56,238 nt of DNA, filler included, from Jimgerdemannia flammicorona (GCA_003990765.1; 3 parts of 3 records of this genome joined end to end with filler, not necessarily neighbours in it); one strand, 5' to 3'. Positions 20,950 through 34,100 are shown, numbered from the whole stretch's first letter. The notes: generated by a model from the letters alone, not told the origin. Numbers and translations are program-made.

Positions 20950-21935
20950 CTATAAAATTATTATAGCTAAACAATAAACTCAATTCTAATATAGTCTCAA
21001 TTTTGGGTGAGAATTGGTAGTAGCTATAGTGCTCTAGCTAAAACTTTATTACTGGTTTTGTATCTTTTTTTTTTTTTTTTTTTTTTTTTTGGACTTCTGG
21101 TTTTGTATCTTTAGCAGATATTATAGGATATAATATAATTCTTTATATCAGCTATCATTTTGGCCCATTAGAAGTCTCAGGTGATATATTGATATATCTT
21201 GTCAAATTATATATAACTGACTATAGATATATAATAATTCTTATAGAATTTGTTTATAGATTGAAATATTTGAGATCCAAATTCTTATATTATCAAGATA
21301 TATATATCTGGTTTGAACTGAAATATTCTTATTATACTTCTTTATGATGTTTACATTCTTTTTCAAAAATTTGCTTAGTAATTTCCTATATTTTAGTATT
21401 CTTGGTATATTAATTCTTAACTTCTTTGAATAAACTAGTAATAATATTACTGATTGCTATAAGGTCATCCTTCTGAGTACTTCAGGAAAGTATATCTACT
21501 GCTTCAGTCTTGGTATCAGCAATGTACATAATTTTAACATCAAAGGAAGTGAGGATTAGTTGTGTCTACCTATATTAGAGAACTTAATAGTTTATTCATA
21601 AGGTGAATTTCTTACTAAGGAGGTAATATATCTATATTTACAGAGATTTGATGATAGTAAGAAGTTCCTTGTCTTGTATTGTATGGTTCTTTTCATATGC
21701 ATTTAGCTTCTGAGATAGATATACAACTAAGTATTTGTACTAGATTAGTATAGCTCTAATAGTGAAGTTAGAGATATCTGTAGTGACAGTAAAGAGTTCT
21801 GTTAGATCAGAGCTGATTCAGATTATAGCTTTGATTAGTATTCTCTTGAGAATATATATTGCTATAGTCTATTCTTCTGTCTATTCTTTTTTAATATTAG
21901 TTTTCTTCTTATAGAAGTTTGTAAGTAGAACTTTC
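20950..21935 (-). mobile_element. Gypsy RNase H / integrase N-terminal fragment, highly decayed
   Basis: FTVTTDISNFTIRAIL...YLSQKLNAYEKNHTIQDKELLTIIKSL...YYLLSKKFTL, the Ty3 RNase H pattern. Confidence 0.8.
21052..21109 (-). mobile_element. Ultra-short TPRT insertion: AAGTCC(A)26 with a perfect TSD
   Basis: CTGGTTTTGTATC at 21052-21064 and 21097-21109 flanks T26 followed by GGACTT. Confidence 0.85.
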
Positions 21936-22122
21936 TCTGATATAATTCACATTATATAAATACTTTTTAATATTTTCTACATAGTTTTTGGAGATAAGAT
22001 ACTATATAGCAATATATCAATATAGGAGAGATCTGATAGATATATTGGATTAGATAGATCTGCTCCAGGCTCACTCTCTGACTTCATCTTGTCTGCAAAA
22101 CTCCTCAGCCCTTGTTCTTCTC

Positions 22123-23189
22123 TTTTTTTTTTTTTTATAGTCACTTGGACTTTGCCATTTATTACCAGTCTATTAATAAGTTTACAGTATCACCTCTCAC
22201 TATCCATTCCCCATAGGGGAGCCTCTCTCCACATCATTATAAATAAAGACTACCTTCTCACCCACTACTCGAACTCTCCCCCCACTCTGCCCACAGATTT
22301 TCTCTACCAAGCAATGCCTCCAACCACGCTGCAACCCCCAACCAAGCCACCAGCCTGTCAAGGTATCTTCCATAAGTCAATGCCAATGCAGCAATTGGCC
22401 CTCTAAGCCCCACCTCCTCCTATTCTCAAAAACAAATAACCAGTAGCTGGTCAGCCCCATCCAAATTACCAAAACCCAACCTAAGGTAAGCCACTCCTTC
22501 CCTACTCCCCCTACCAGTCTATCTCTCAAATCCTCTCACTGACCCTATGCACCATCTCTCCTACATACTATCTCCAAATGATCCCCAACAGCCTGCCAAA
22601 AGTCACTAAGTACCTCACACTCTCCTAGCCAATGTTCAGGCATCTATACATATCCCCCTTTCTGCCCTACATTGTAGCACTCCTCACAGTCGAAGCAACC
22701 CCCCTTGATGAGGTGACCCAAGTGGAAGTTGAGCATTACATTTCTTCTCAGTATGTGTCACCAGACCACTCAGTACTTTGGTGGCATCCACCTCCTCACC
22801 TCTGCACTCCAGGCCCAGATACTATACTAGTTCTACTCTTCTCTGATACCCACTCCCTGCCAACTGCTGGGCCACAGATCCTGGCCTGGTCCCCTCTGGC
22901 ATTTGATCCCATCACCAATATTGAAGTCAATTAAGGGAATGCCTCCCAGCAACACTTGGTCCCATCTCCATATCGCTGGGTCCCAAGCTGTCTCCCCTTC
23001 ATTCTCCTGCCAATAAATTCCAATATAGTGTACCCCCTCCACTACCCCCACCAAAAGCCTTTGTAATGCAATTGTTTAGTGTTCTGAAGCCCAACCAAAG
23101 ATAGGAGATCTCCTGTCAAACCTCTTGGTGAGGACCTCATCTCCCAGACCTTCTGCAATAGGGAGACCCAACCACCCCCTCTCAACTCT
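22123..23189 (-). mobile_element. 5'-truncated LINE copy (1.07 kb)
   Basis: PolyT 22123-22136, 16-bp TSD AGCCC(T/C)TGTTCTTCTC at 22107-22122 and 23190-23205, and ORF2 C-terminal motifs. The target looks like an older LINE ORF1 5' remnant (SFADKMK). Confidence 0.92.
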
Positions 23190-23439
23190 AGCCCCTGTTC
23201 TTCTCTGCTCCTGTCTGGTAGCTAACTCTCACTCTGTACTCTTTTTCTACTACCACTATTGAAAAATTCCAATCTATATTATAGCCCTTACTAATTGAAG
23301 GTCCCAGATCTATCTGACTCAGTATACTTATCAGATTACTTGTTAGTAACTATATTGCTATTACCTTTCTCTAATAAATAGCTCAAAAGTATATTTGAAA
23401 GTATGTATAATATAAATATTAATAGAGAAAGGATACTAT

Positions 23440-24130
23440 AGTAAAGAGGTCTCAGATATAGTTAATTCCTCTTCTATTTGTAGGGTTAAGGGCTTTCATG
23501 AAGTTGATGACATTCTTTGTACATTTTTGATAAGTTGTATATCTGATGAGAGCTAGAATATCATCTCTTAGATTATAGATCTTGAGGATCCTTTTTGTGG
23601 GTTTCTTGACTTAGTCTTTTCAGATCTTAGTTCTGTCATCTCTTTTCTTGAGTATATATATTATAACATCTTAACTGAGATGTATCTTCTCATACTAGCA
23701 GGTTTAGTAGTTTGGGTGTTTTTCATAGTAATAGTATTCTATTCCTTAGAAGTACTCTTTTTAATTCTTAACTTCTTACTCTCTTGGAAATCAGTAATCT
23801 TCTCTGTTATAGATAAGAGGAAGAGTAGCTAAGGGCTATACTTTTGTGCAGATGTAGTGGCCTTTTCCATGAGATCATTTTGCCAGTATAGTGATTATTT
23901 CTTGAAATATAGTTGTCTATATAACAATTACTAAGAATTCTGGTTCTGGATATTTCTGTCTTTTTTACTGATCCAACAGGAGTCACTGATAGCAGTAATC
24001 TCAGAAAGAGTGGATCCTGTATAAATATCCTTGTTTTCTACTTGAATAATTCTCAGAATATTTTCTCACAAAATTCCTTTAAGTACTCTTAAATCTACAA
24101 GCATCTCTTTTAGCTACTTTAGGTTTTTTT
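23440..24130 (-). mobile_element. Gypsy Pol fragment (PR-dUTPase linker region)
   Basis: Colinear with 31290-31900 (ttttcagatct.agttctgt, aacatctt..ctgagat, cactgatagcagta). Confidence 0.75.
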
Positions 24131-24269
24131 AGAATTATCAGATATTGTTGCTTCCTCTTATAGAAACTAGAACCATTACACTCAGTAGTAGCAGTATCAT
24201 TGTACCTTACCTTATTAAGAAATCTTATACAAATTTAGAAACTAGTCACAACTAGTCATATGAGTACAA

Positions 24270-26757
24270 AATGAACTATAGAGAACCCGTCTACCATCTA
24301 GACCTCTCTGCTACAGAAGAAGCAAATGATACAGAACTATAAGTCAATCTGGAAGAAATAATTATCTCTATGGTCTACCAAATCTGACCACTTTAAGCAC
24401 AAGTAGAATACTAGAAAACTAGAATTATAGCTACATCACATCCTACTACTATACCAGTTAGCTTCAAGCTACTTAAGCTAGATACCTTTGATAGTCACTA
24501 AGAAAGACTGAATACAGATACATAGAACTTCTAGTTGGATAAATACTTTGAACTTACAGAATAGAAAAAGATATATAAGTCCAATTTACCACCATACTTC
24601 TCTGAGGAAATACTACTATTTGGTAATATAATTATATCATGACTATCTCTACCTATTCATATATAAGAATCCAAGATTAGACATTCTTCAAAGAGACTCT
24701 CTATAAGTAGTTCAAGTCTGCTAATACTACTAAGCTAGCCTAAGATTAGCTGGTAAACATCAAGCAACTCAAATCTGTACAAAGTTACAATACACAATCC
24801 TATTAATTCTACTCAACAACTAGTAATATCTGAAGATAAAAAGATAGACTACAATATCTGAGGCCTGAAAGGAAATACATGAGTCAAGGTCAAGCTGGAG
24901 GAGCTACAGACTCTCAATAAAGCTATGAGAATTACTTATATTGATATCATTATCTTTGGTAACTATGTTGAACTAGAATATTATAAGAAAACCTATTTTA
25001 AGAACTATTATAAGAACTAATCCAAAGTAGTTGGCCTGGTACAAATGGACCTATAAGAAGAATAACAAGCTTACCTCTGAAGAAAATCTAGAGCTTATTT
25101 CTTCTGCTGTCAAATAGGATATATTATAACCAAATATCCTAAGAAGACCAGCAAACCCTCAAGATCAGTCACCATAATGTCCAAAGATATACCTATTAAC
25201 CAAACTATTGATCAGCCAGAACTCAAGATCAAGAAGCTTCATCTGAAGGCTCAGATTTCTCAATATTAATTTATTGACCTTAATCTATATTCTATCAAGT
25301 AAGCCACTATTCCAGCCAAAGGCTGAACTCTAGTACCTACTGAAATTGCAGTTTAATGTCCTAAAGAACATTATACTAGAATTATACCATAATCATGACT
25401 TAGTATCAAACACTACTTAGATATGAGTACTGGTATCATCAATTCAGACTATTGAGGACAAGTTCAAGTCTTACTTATCAACCAGAATAATTAAGACTAT
25501 ATAGTCAAGAAAGGAGACCAAGTTGCACAAATGATCTTAGAAAAAGCCAGTCAATCCAAGATTACAGATATCTAAGAACTATCTAAAACCAAGTAAGATT
25601 AGAAAGATTTTGATAACACTGATCAAGCAGTAAGTCTTACTGAAAACTAAGCTCAAGTCATACTTATTTCAAAGGCTTAGTTAAAGGAAAAGAAGTTTAA
25701 GTAATCATAGACAGTAGAGCTATATGAAACTTCATCAACCAGAATCTCATTAAAAATCTTAAGATTCTTATCAAATAAGTACTCAAGAATAATAATATAG
25801 TTACTGCAGATAGTATACTATATCCTATCATGTCAATTGCTGCCAAATTATCCATCAAGATTCAGAAATATTGAGAATGAGTAGATTTTGAAGTCATATT
25901 ACTAGGAGATCATGATCTGATCTTAGGAAAACTCTGGCTTACCAAATATAATCTGAACATCAATTGGTATAAGAATAAAGTTACTTTACTTCAAAATGGA
26001 GTCAATATCACTATCAATACAGACAAGCTTGTGAACAAAATCCAGATTGCAATATTATCAGAAATATAGTATAAGAAAGTACTTAAGATGGAAGTATATA
26101 TCTATATTGTAAATATCTATTCCAAGAAGTAAGACAAGAAGCTTTCAATTAATAAAAGTATCAAGTTATTACTTGAAGAATTCAAGGATATCTTTCTAGA
26201 TAAGCTACATGGTCTACCCTCTGTATGAGAAGTTGATTATAAAATCAAACTAATACTAGAAGCTATACTATATGTATAAGAAATATATATACTATATATT
26301 ATCTCTTAAAATTGAAGCAGTCAACAAAGTACTAGAAGAGTTACTTGTATGAAGAGCCATTTAACTAAGCAAATCCCCCTATGGCTCACCAGTCTTATTT
26401 ATTGAGAAAAAAGATAATATTATATAAATATAAATAGACTACTAAGTACTCAACATATTCATAGTCAAGAACTGATATTTACTACTCTTGATTGATCAAA
26501 TTTTTGATACTTTCAAGAATACACAAGTACTTCACCAAGTTGGACCTTATGTTAGATTATTACAAAATCCAAATCAAGCCAGAATATATTCTTAAGACTG
26601 TATTTATGACCCTCTTTAGACTCTATAAATTTCTAGTCCTAGTATTTGATCTTATCAATATATCTGTCATATTTCAGATTCTCATAAACAAGATATTCAA
26701 GAACTAACTATTCATCTTCTTATCAGTATATCTTAATGATATCCTGATCTTTAGTAC
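24270..26757 (+). mobile_element. Ty3/Gypsy element (gag-ZnK-dUTPase-PR-RT), truncated within RT
   Basis: Gag FKLLKLDTFDS...LDKYFEL; decayed CCHC at ~25092-25143; dUTPase; PR IIDSRA (DSGA); RT SPYGSPVLFIEKKD...FTKLDL...VYLNDILIFST, then interrupted. Confidence 0.9.
25216..25623 (+). pseudogene. Trimeric dUTPase domain between the Gag zinc knuckle and protease
   Basis: LKIKKLH..TLVPTEIAV*CPKEHYTRIIP*S*L..TGIINSDY*GQVQVLLIN..VKKGDQVAQMILEK..KDFDNTD, i.e. motifs RSG, GVIDSDYRG, GDRIAQ and GFGST after reverting transitions. Confidence 0.9.
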
Positions 26758-29700
26758 TGTTGTAATGAATAGAAGATTATATATTACTGATAAATAATAT
26801 AAACTAATGAAATGGCATGTGGCATTAAGTCACATACCCATATATCAAGTTGCCATTCCAATACTCCTACTCAAGGAGATATATATGCCAAAACAAAAAA
26901 AAAAAAAATAAACTATATCTAAAAAAAAAAAAAAAAAAAAAAATCAACAATATCTAAAAAAAAAAAAAAAAATGCAAACTAGAATAAAAAAGCAATACAA
27001 TATATGCCCAAAAACTAGAACTGCATAAAACCCAGAATTATAACTATCTAGGAATTTTTGCAGATTAAAAAGTATTCTGAAATATCTGAAATACCAATAA
27101 AAAAAATGTAATATTTGTAATCTACTCATAGATGAGAGATATATAATATGAGACTTTTAAGAGTCTGAAAAATGTCCAATTAGCTACTAGACTTTATCAG
27201 ATGAATGTATACTTCTGCTTAATCCAATGCTGTTGATGTTGTTGGCAGGTGTCATTATTAGATACAGATGTTATTCCTGTTTAATATAGTTGTCATTATA
27301 ATTAATATATCTTTAAAATATATGATGTTGTCAGCACTGGCTATTATTGTTCCTAGTATATATCATATGCTGTATTATACTGAAATTAGTTAGCAAGACA
27401 TTATCATTATCATTGACTATATTAGTATATTTGATAGATATTGTGAGCAGTACTCACTTTGTTAGTAGTACTATAGTAGTTCCCTCTTCTGAACTATTGT
27501 CTGTCATTATAGTTGCTTCAAATCTTAGTTGATTATACTTACATTGAGCTTGAGTTTGGATTTATCTCTATTGTTATTATTGTTGTCTGTACTTTTGACC
27601 TTGGTATTTCTGCCTCATTAGTCTTGTTGGTCTCTTCTATGACCTTGTAGTCTTGTTGCTGACCTCTTCGGTCTTCTCTATGGTCTTGTCTACATTTTGG
27701 ACCTTTTTGGCATTTCTCTCATCTATGCTTTTGACTTTGGTATTTCTATATTGTCAGTTTTATTGGTCTTTTCCATAATCTTGTCAGTCTTATTATTGAT
27801 CTCGTTAGCCTTCTCTGTAGTCTTATCCATACTTTGGACCTTATTAGTATTTATCTTATCTACACTTTTGACCTTGTTATCCATACTGGCTTCATTTGCT
27901 GTATCTGCATTTTTGAGTTAGATTTTCATTCATACACATCGACCTTATTGCTGATTACATATACTGGCTTTAATAGACTATTCAGACCTCTTAAATAGAT
28001 GCTAGTTCTTCTTATGTTATATACAAAATAAGGTTCTTCCCATTTTGGCTCCAGTTTGGCAGCAAAGTTTATTTCAATCCTGCTTCTTCTAACTAGTACT
28101 AGATCTCTAATCTTGATCTTCTGATCTTTTTTGCTTTTGATCATAGTACTTCTTTTATCTTTCTTGAGCATTGATAATCTGGACTTAGGCTTCATTACAT
28201 AACTGATCTGTCTTCTTGAGGAGATCTCTGAGGTTCTTATAGTCATCAGTTTTGGTCCTCTTGAAAAATATCATTTGAAATGGCTTTTTTTTAATAGAGA
28301 CAGCAGGGGTGTTTTAAATTTTTCATAGGATCTCAGGTAGCAGAGGTCCTAGTTGGTAGGATTGACTCAGATAAGATGGTCTGGTTCATTCATTCTGTTA
28401 TACCATTGATATGAGAGTGATATGATATAGTCTATTTGAGATAAATCTTGTAAATTCAGACATAACTTATAATTATGTTATTGATGAATTCTGTGTCTCA
28501 GTCAGAGATATGTTCTTCTAGGGGTTTATATCTGAGTGTGAGTCTATAGAGGAGGTCAACATTAGTCAGAGTATCTGTGATTTCTATTAGAAAGGCTCCA
28601 GACCACTTGGTCAGATATTCTACAAATACTAGGATATACTTATTCCTTCTTGGTATAACTGGTAGAGGTCTAATTATATCTACTCTCTATCTTTGGAAGA
28701 TGTTGTCTGGTGGTATTATTGGTTGTAATGGTACTTGATAATTCTTCTTCCCTTGATACTTCAGACAGATGTTACATTTTTTGAGTGTGTCTCAGATTTG
28801 TATTCTGAGATTGGGCCAATATTAGTATATTGTTTGCAGTTTTTCTTTTATATTCACCTGTCCTTGGTGGACTTTCTGGTGTTCTTTTCAGATAAGATCT
28901 TCTTGTGCTTTGAGTTTTGTTTAGAATGTAGTTCCTTAGTACACCCTTCTTCTGGTTTATTAGGATTGGTGAGAAAGTACTTTAATATTGTTGTGAGCTT
29001 TCCCTGCCTTGTGGATGATGGTGATTTTGTAATCTTGAAGAATTAGAATCCAGCAGACCAGGATTTCAGTATGTTCCATACAGTTGAATAGCTATTTGAG
29101 AGCAGCATAGTCAGTTATTAGAGTGAATCTCTTTCTAATGAGATAATGCTTAAATAAGATGATAGCCCATATGACTGCAAGGTATTCAAATTTGGTCCTG
29201 CCATAATTGATCTACTGCTGGTAGGCAGCTCAGCTTATATAAGCTATCACATAGTATTTTGGTTCAGTCTTTCTAGGGCCAGAACTACTCTCAGACCATC
29301 TTTAGAAGTATCTATATACAAGATGAATGGCTTCTGTATATTGGAGCACACAATGATAGATACTATAATTATATAGTGCTTGAGTTCCTTGAAGACTAGT
29401 GCTTGTGAATCTGTCTATTTGTATGGTACTTCTTTCTTGAGAAGGATTCAGATTGAGGTAGCAATATTGCCAAAGTTCTTAATAAATCTTCTATAGTAGG
29501 ACATTAGTATCAGGAATGATAGTATTTCCTTAGGGTCTTGGGTACTGGTCAGTTGTTGATCTTCTTGGTTTTCTTTTGATCTGTATGGATTTCTTCTTTT
29601 GAAACTATGAATCTAAGGAATTCAAGTTTCTGTTTCCCAAAGTAGCATTTTATGACATTGAGTCTCAGATAGTTCCTGCAGATAAGCTTGAAAAATTCTT

Positions 29701-30787
29701 CTAGGTAGTACAGGTGTTTCTCAAAATTTTCTGAATAGATATTGGAATCATCCATATATACAATCAGACAGTAGTAGATTAATGAACTATTGACTGAGTT
29801 CATCATTCTCTAGAAAGTGGAAGGTATATTGCAAAGTCCATAGGATATTCAGAGATACTCAAACAGTTTTCCTAAAGCAAGAAAGGCTGTCTTCTGAATA
29901 TATTTGGGATCTATGGAGATCTCATGGAATTCTGTGAAAAGGTCTATACTGCTGAAGTATCTGGTATCTTATAACTAGTCCAAGAGGTCATTGATTCTAG
30001 GCAAAGGATAGACATCCTTCTAGATGACTAAATTGAGTATTCTGTAGTCTACATAGAGTCTCCATCCTCCTTTCTTAGGTACAAAAGTATTGGGCTGGCA
30101 CAAGGGCTGATAGAGGGTCGGATGACTCCATTGTCTAAGAGTTCTTAAATGTACCCCTTTTCAAATGTCTTTAGGTGATGGGGTATGCTATAGAGTTTCT
30201 GCTAGATGGGTGTTGCATTTTCTATATTTATGCTGTGGTAATATGATGGGTTGTATAGTAGGTTGCCACAATTAGTAGTAAAGATATCTTGATATTTATT
30301 GAGAAGTTCTACTAGTTGTTGTCATTATAGGGGTATCAATTCTTCTTCAATATTGGTGGAAGGCTTCACTGTCTCCTGGGTCACAGAGGGACCTTTCCTT
30401 TCTTATGGGACCTTTTGCTGTTTCCTGATAAGTTTAGCTCATAAACTTCTCTATAAGTTCAATTGAGAAAAGGCATCAGATGTCCTATGATGGTTCTATG
30501 ATGGTTCCTTTTGGCAAAATGATACTTTCTCAGCTCTGGTTGGTTGCTTGGGAGTATACAGGGTTCATCTTGTCAGAGAATATATATCTCTCAATTTCCA
30601 GATAATTGATATTTTCATTGAGTTTGAAGAAGAGGTTTCTTGAATAAGGTGGAGCAAAGATTTCAAAAGTGGTTTGCTCTCCTGGTTCCAAGATGAGGTT
30701 CTTGTGTAGTCTAATTGGTTGGTGGTATACTTACTGAGGGGTATCCTTTTTGAAGTAGTTGACCTGAAGGAGATGTACTTTCTTCTT

Positions 30788-31191
30788 ATCTGAGCTTTCA
30801 AATCCTTTAGTTTGTCTTATTCCTTTGGTCAGTTCAGGGACTTGTAATTGTGGTGTCTTGACTTCCATAAAGACCACCTGTATAATCTTCTGTTCTTGAA
30901 GAATTCAGTGTCATTCTATCTCACTGTTATACAAGATGATCTTGATTTCGCCTATATATCCTGGGTCTATGGTTTCTTCTTGTCCATTACTCCTTATATG
31001 GTAAGCCCAGATCTTGAGAGCAGTTGGATGTAAGTTCCTTCAGGTATCTGCATGGCTGCTCCTGTCCAAAACACTAGTATTCTTCCAGGTTTGATAGATT
31101 CATCCTCCAAACTACAGAGAACATACACTATGTCTTTCTGGTGGACTTTGGTCAGGGGTTTGGCCTTGAGAAAGGGCAGCAACATCTTTAC
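30788..31191 (-). pseudogene. Trimeric dUTPase domain upstream of RT
   Basis: IKPGRILVFWTGAAMQIPEGTYIQLLSRSGL...TIDPGYIGEIKIILYN...QKIIQ...RQTKGFESSD. Confidence 0.88.
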
Positions 31192-34100
31192 TAAGTTCAG
31201 GCTGTCCTTGGGCTGAAGCTCTACTGGCTGTAAGCCTCTAGACTATGAGGTTTAGTTGTGGCCATCTGGCTCAAGTAGAGGGATCTCAGAGGTAATTAAT
31301 TTCGCTTTTTTCTGTAGGGTCTAGGGCTTCCATAAAGTTGGTAGCATCTTTTATCCATCCTTGATGAGTTACATATCTGATGAGAGTGAGGATATCTTCT
31401 CTTAAACTATAGATCTTTAGGATCTTTCTTTTAGGTTTCTTGACTTGACTTTTTCAGATCTGAGTTCTGTTGTCTCCTCTCTTTGGTATGAGAACCACAA
31501 CATCTTGGCTGAGATAAATCTTCTGATGTCTGCAGTCTTGACTGTCAGGGTGTCTTCTATGATTATAATATCCCATTGCTCTGAAATACTACTCTGAGTT
31601 GTTGATTTATTATTACTTTGAAAATCAGTATCCATCTTGGTTATAGATAAAGTGAAGAGTGGACAAGGGGTATACATCTGTTCAGGTGAAGAGGCCTTGT
31701 CCCCTAGCTCAACTTTGCCATACTGTGGTCATTTCTTGGAAGATAGTTGACTGTGCAATTGTGGTTGGGAGTTCTGGTCTATGAGGTCTCTGTTTTTCTT
31801 ATTAATCTAGAAGGTACCACTGATAGCAGTAGTCTTAGAGAGAGTGAAAGACCATTTGATACTGGTATCTTCCTAGCCTGAAGGCTTTTTCCAGGTATGT
31901 TTCTTGTTTTAGAATAATGGTAACTGTACTCAGTCCTTCTTCAATATTTCAGGGGTTATTATCTTCTAATAGTATCTAGTGAGAATAATTCTGGAGAATG
32001 AGTTCAGGGAGGTCTTCTGTTCTGGAGCTTCTTGTTCTGTTCAGGGGTTTCTTCTTTCTTAGATAACTCTTGACCCCAGATTGCTTATACTTCTGCAGCT
32101 TCAGCTGTAGGTATCTGTTAGATATATCTATATTTCTTCATTCTTCTTCTACACTTAGAGCAGGCTGTGCCAGGTGAATTCCTTGTTCCAATGATCTTAG
32201 AGGAGTGCTTGGAGCACTTGTGTCTTTTAAGACAGATAAGGCATCCTTTGATCTCTCCTGTAATGGCTCCAATTGTGATGGAGATGATATTTCTGATCTA
32301 CACATTGTCTTCTAATCTGTCATCTACTAGGTTGATTTGGAGATTGAGTCTGGGGATATTTCCATCTTTGGATTCTTCTTCTTCTTCTGAAGTAGACTCT
32401 TCACTACTAGTATATTCTTCCTAGATAATGACCTTCTTCTTCTTCTTTAATTGCTCATAACTGGTCATCTTAACTCTATACATCTTATCTTAGTAATCAA
32501 ACTTGAGTACTTATTGACTGATATCAACAACTGTATTTATTTCCTTCATTTAGTTGGTACTAAGAATCATGTCATAGATAACAGCTTCAGTCTCAATACC
32601 TTTTAGAATAGAGAACTGAATGTGTCCTAAAGAGATAGTAATATTTTACAATTCTCCAAGGAATTGAATTTGAGCTCTATCTGCTACTATAATGCTGAGG
32701 TTGGAGGGTCCATCAAAGGTCTATTGGAGGGTATCCAGAAATCATTTGGCAATGACACAGACAGCTGCTCCTATATCTATGAGGATTTTTGCCTTTTGTC
32801 CTCCAATATCCCTATGTAGATAGGTTCTGACACATCTCTCTACAGCTTAAATAGAGGTGGAAGCTAGTTCTTACTGTGGGATTGGGACCTGGCCAGTGCT
32901 AGACCTGGTGGTTCTTAACAACTTATTTCAAACTCTAGCTGATATCAGTTGCAGGAACTATTGGAAAGAGACTTCCATCTTGGCTTCTTGAATCTTTTGC
33001 TAGGCTTTATTGTAGATATCTCTAGGTATAGGCTTTGGGATATACTTCTTCTTGGGCTTTAGGACAGCAGGCTCTTATTCCATTTCTTCATCCTCTGGAG
33101 ATAGTTTATTTATTTCAGAAATAAAAGATGAGGGAGATTAGAGAGATGTTTCCTCTTTCTCCTCTTTATATTCTTTGTCTTTCTCTTGAATTCTTTTGCT
33201 GGTATTCTGGGATGGTCTTTCTATAGGTCTCTTTCTTTTTTCTGCTAAATAAACTGTCTTTCTGGTAATGACTTTGGTTGGGTACAAGTTCAGGTTACTG
33301 TAGTTTTCCCATTTGCTTTCTTCTTCAAAGTATTCAATAGGATAGACTTCAGTCTTCTTGTACTGGGTTTCATTTCTTTGATTTGGTAGTTCTGAGTCCC
33401 TTTGGTCACTTCTTTTATTATCACATTCAGTAGTGTAGTGTCTGAATTGTCTATAGTGGAAGCACTGGACTTGGGCTCTGTTCTGGACAGGGTATCTTCA
33501 TTCTGCTTACTAGTAGCTCCTGTTATCTCTGAGTAGATAGTCTTGGTTTCTTTGTGGTATATACTCTCTGTTGTCTTGTGGATAGCTTTGATTTTTACAT
33601 GGAGTTTTTCAATCTGTCCAACCAATTAGTCCAACTTAGAACTGAGGTCTTGAATTTTGCTTCTGTCCTTTTTCTATTCTTTAGCTTGCCTTCTTTCTTT
33701 AGTTCTTTTCTATTCTTGAAGGAGTCCTTGCAGGGCTTTGACCAGGATGTCTTTCTTGTCATCCTTCTTGTCATGGTTACTCCAAGTAGTTTCTTGTCTG
33801 ATATCAAAAAATTCTTGTACTGCATCTACTTGCTCTTCAGATCTCCTAATGCCTAAGATGTAGACATGCTGAGCAATATTTGGTAGGATCCCATTCATAA
33901 AGATCATTGGACCTATAATTTCTTAGTTAGTGGCATTGAATCTGGCAGTATATATTCTCTTTCGAATTCTTATAAAGAATACTCTGAGTGATTCTCTAAG
34001 ATTCATCTTTATTTTTATGATAGATTCTTGAGCCTTATGGTGGGTCTTGTTTTCTGCATACTTTTTGATGAGCCAATGAATCATGGCTTGATATTCTGCT

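Noticed and set aside
24176..24200. Possible LTR end and PBS (TTACA-ctcagtagtagcag) upstream of the plus-strand gag
   Set aside because: Requires assuming mutations, and no matching LTR was found.
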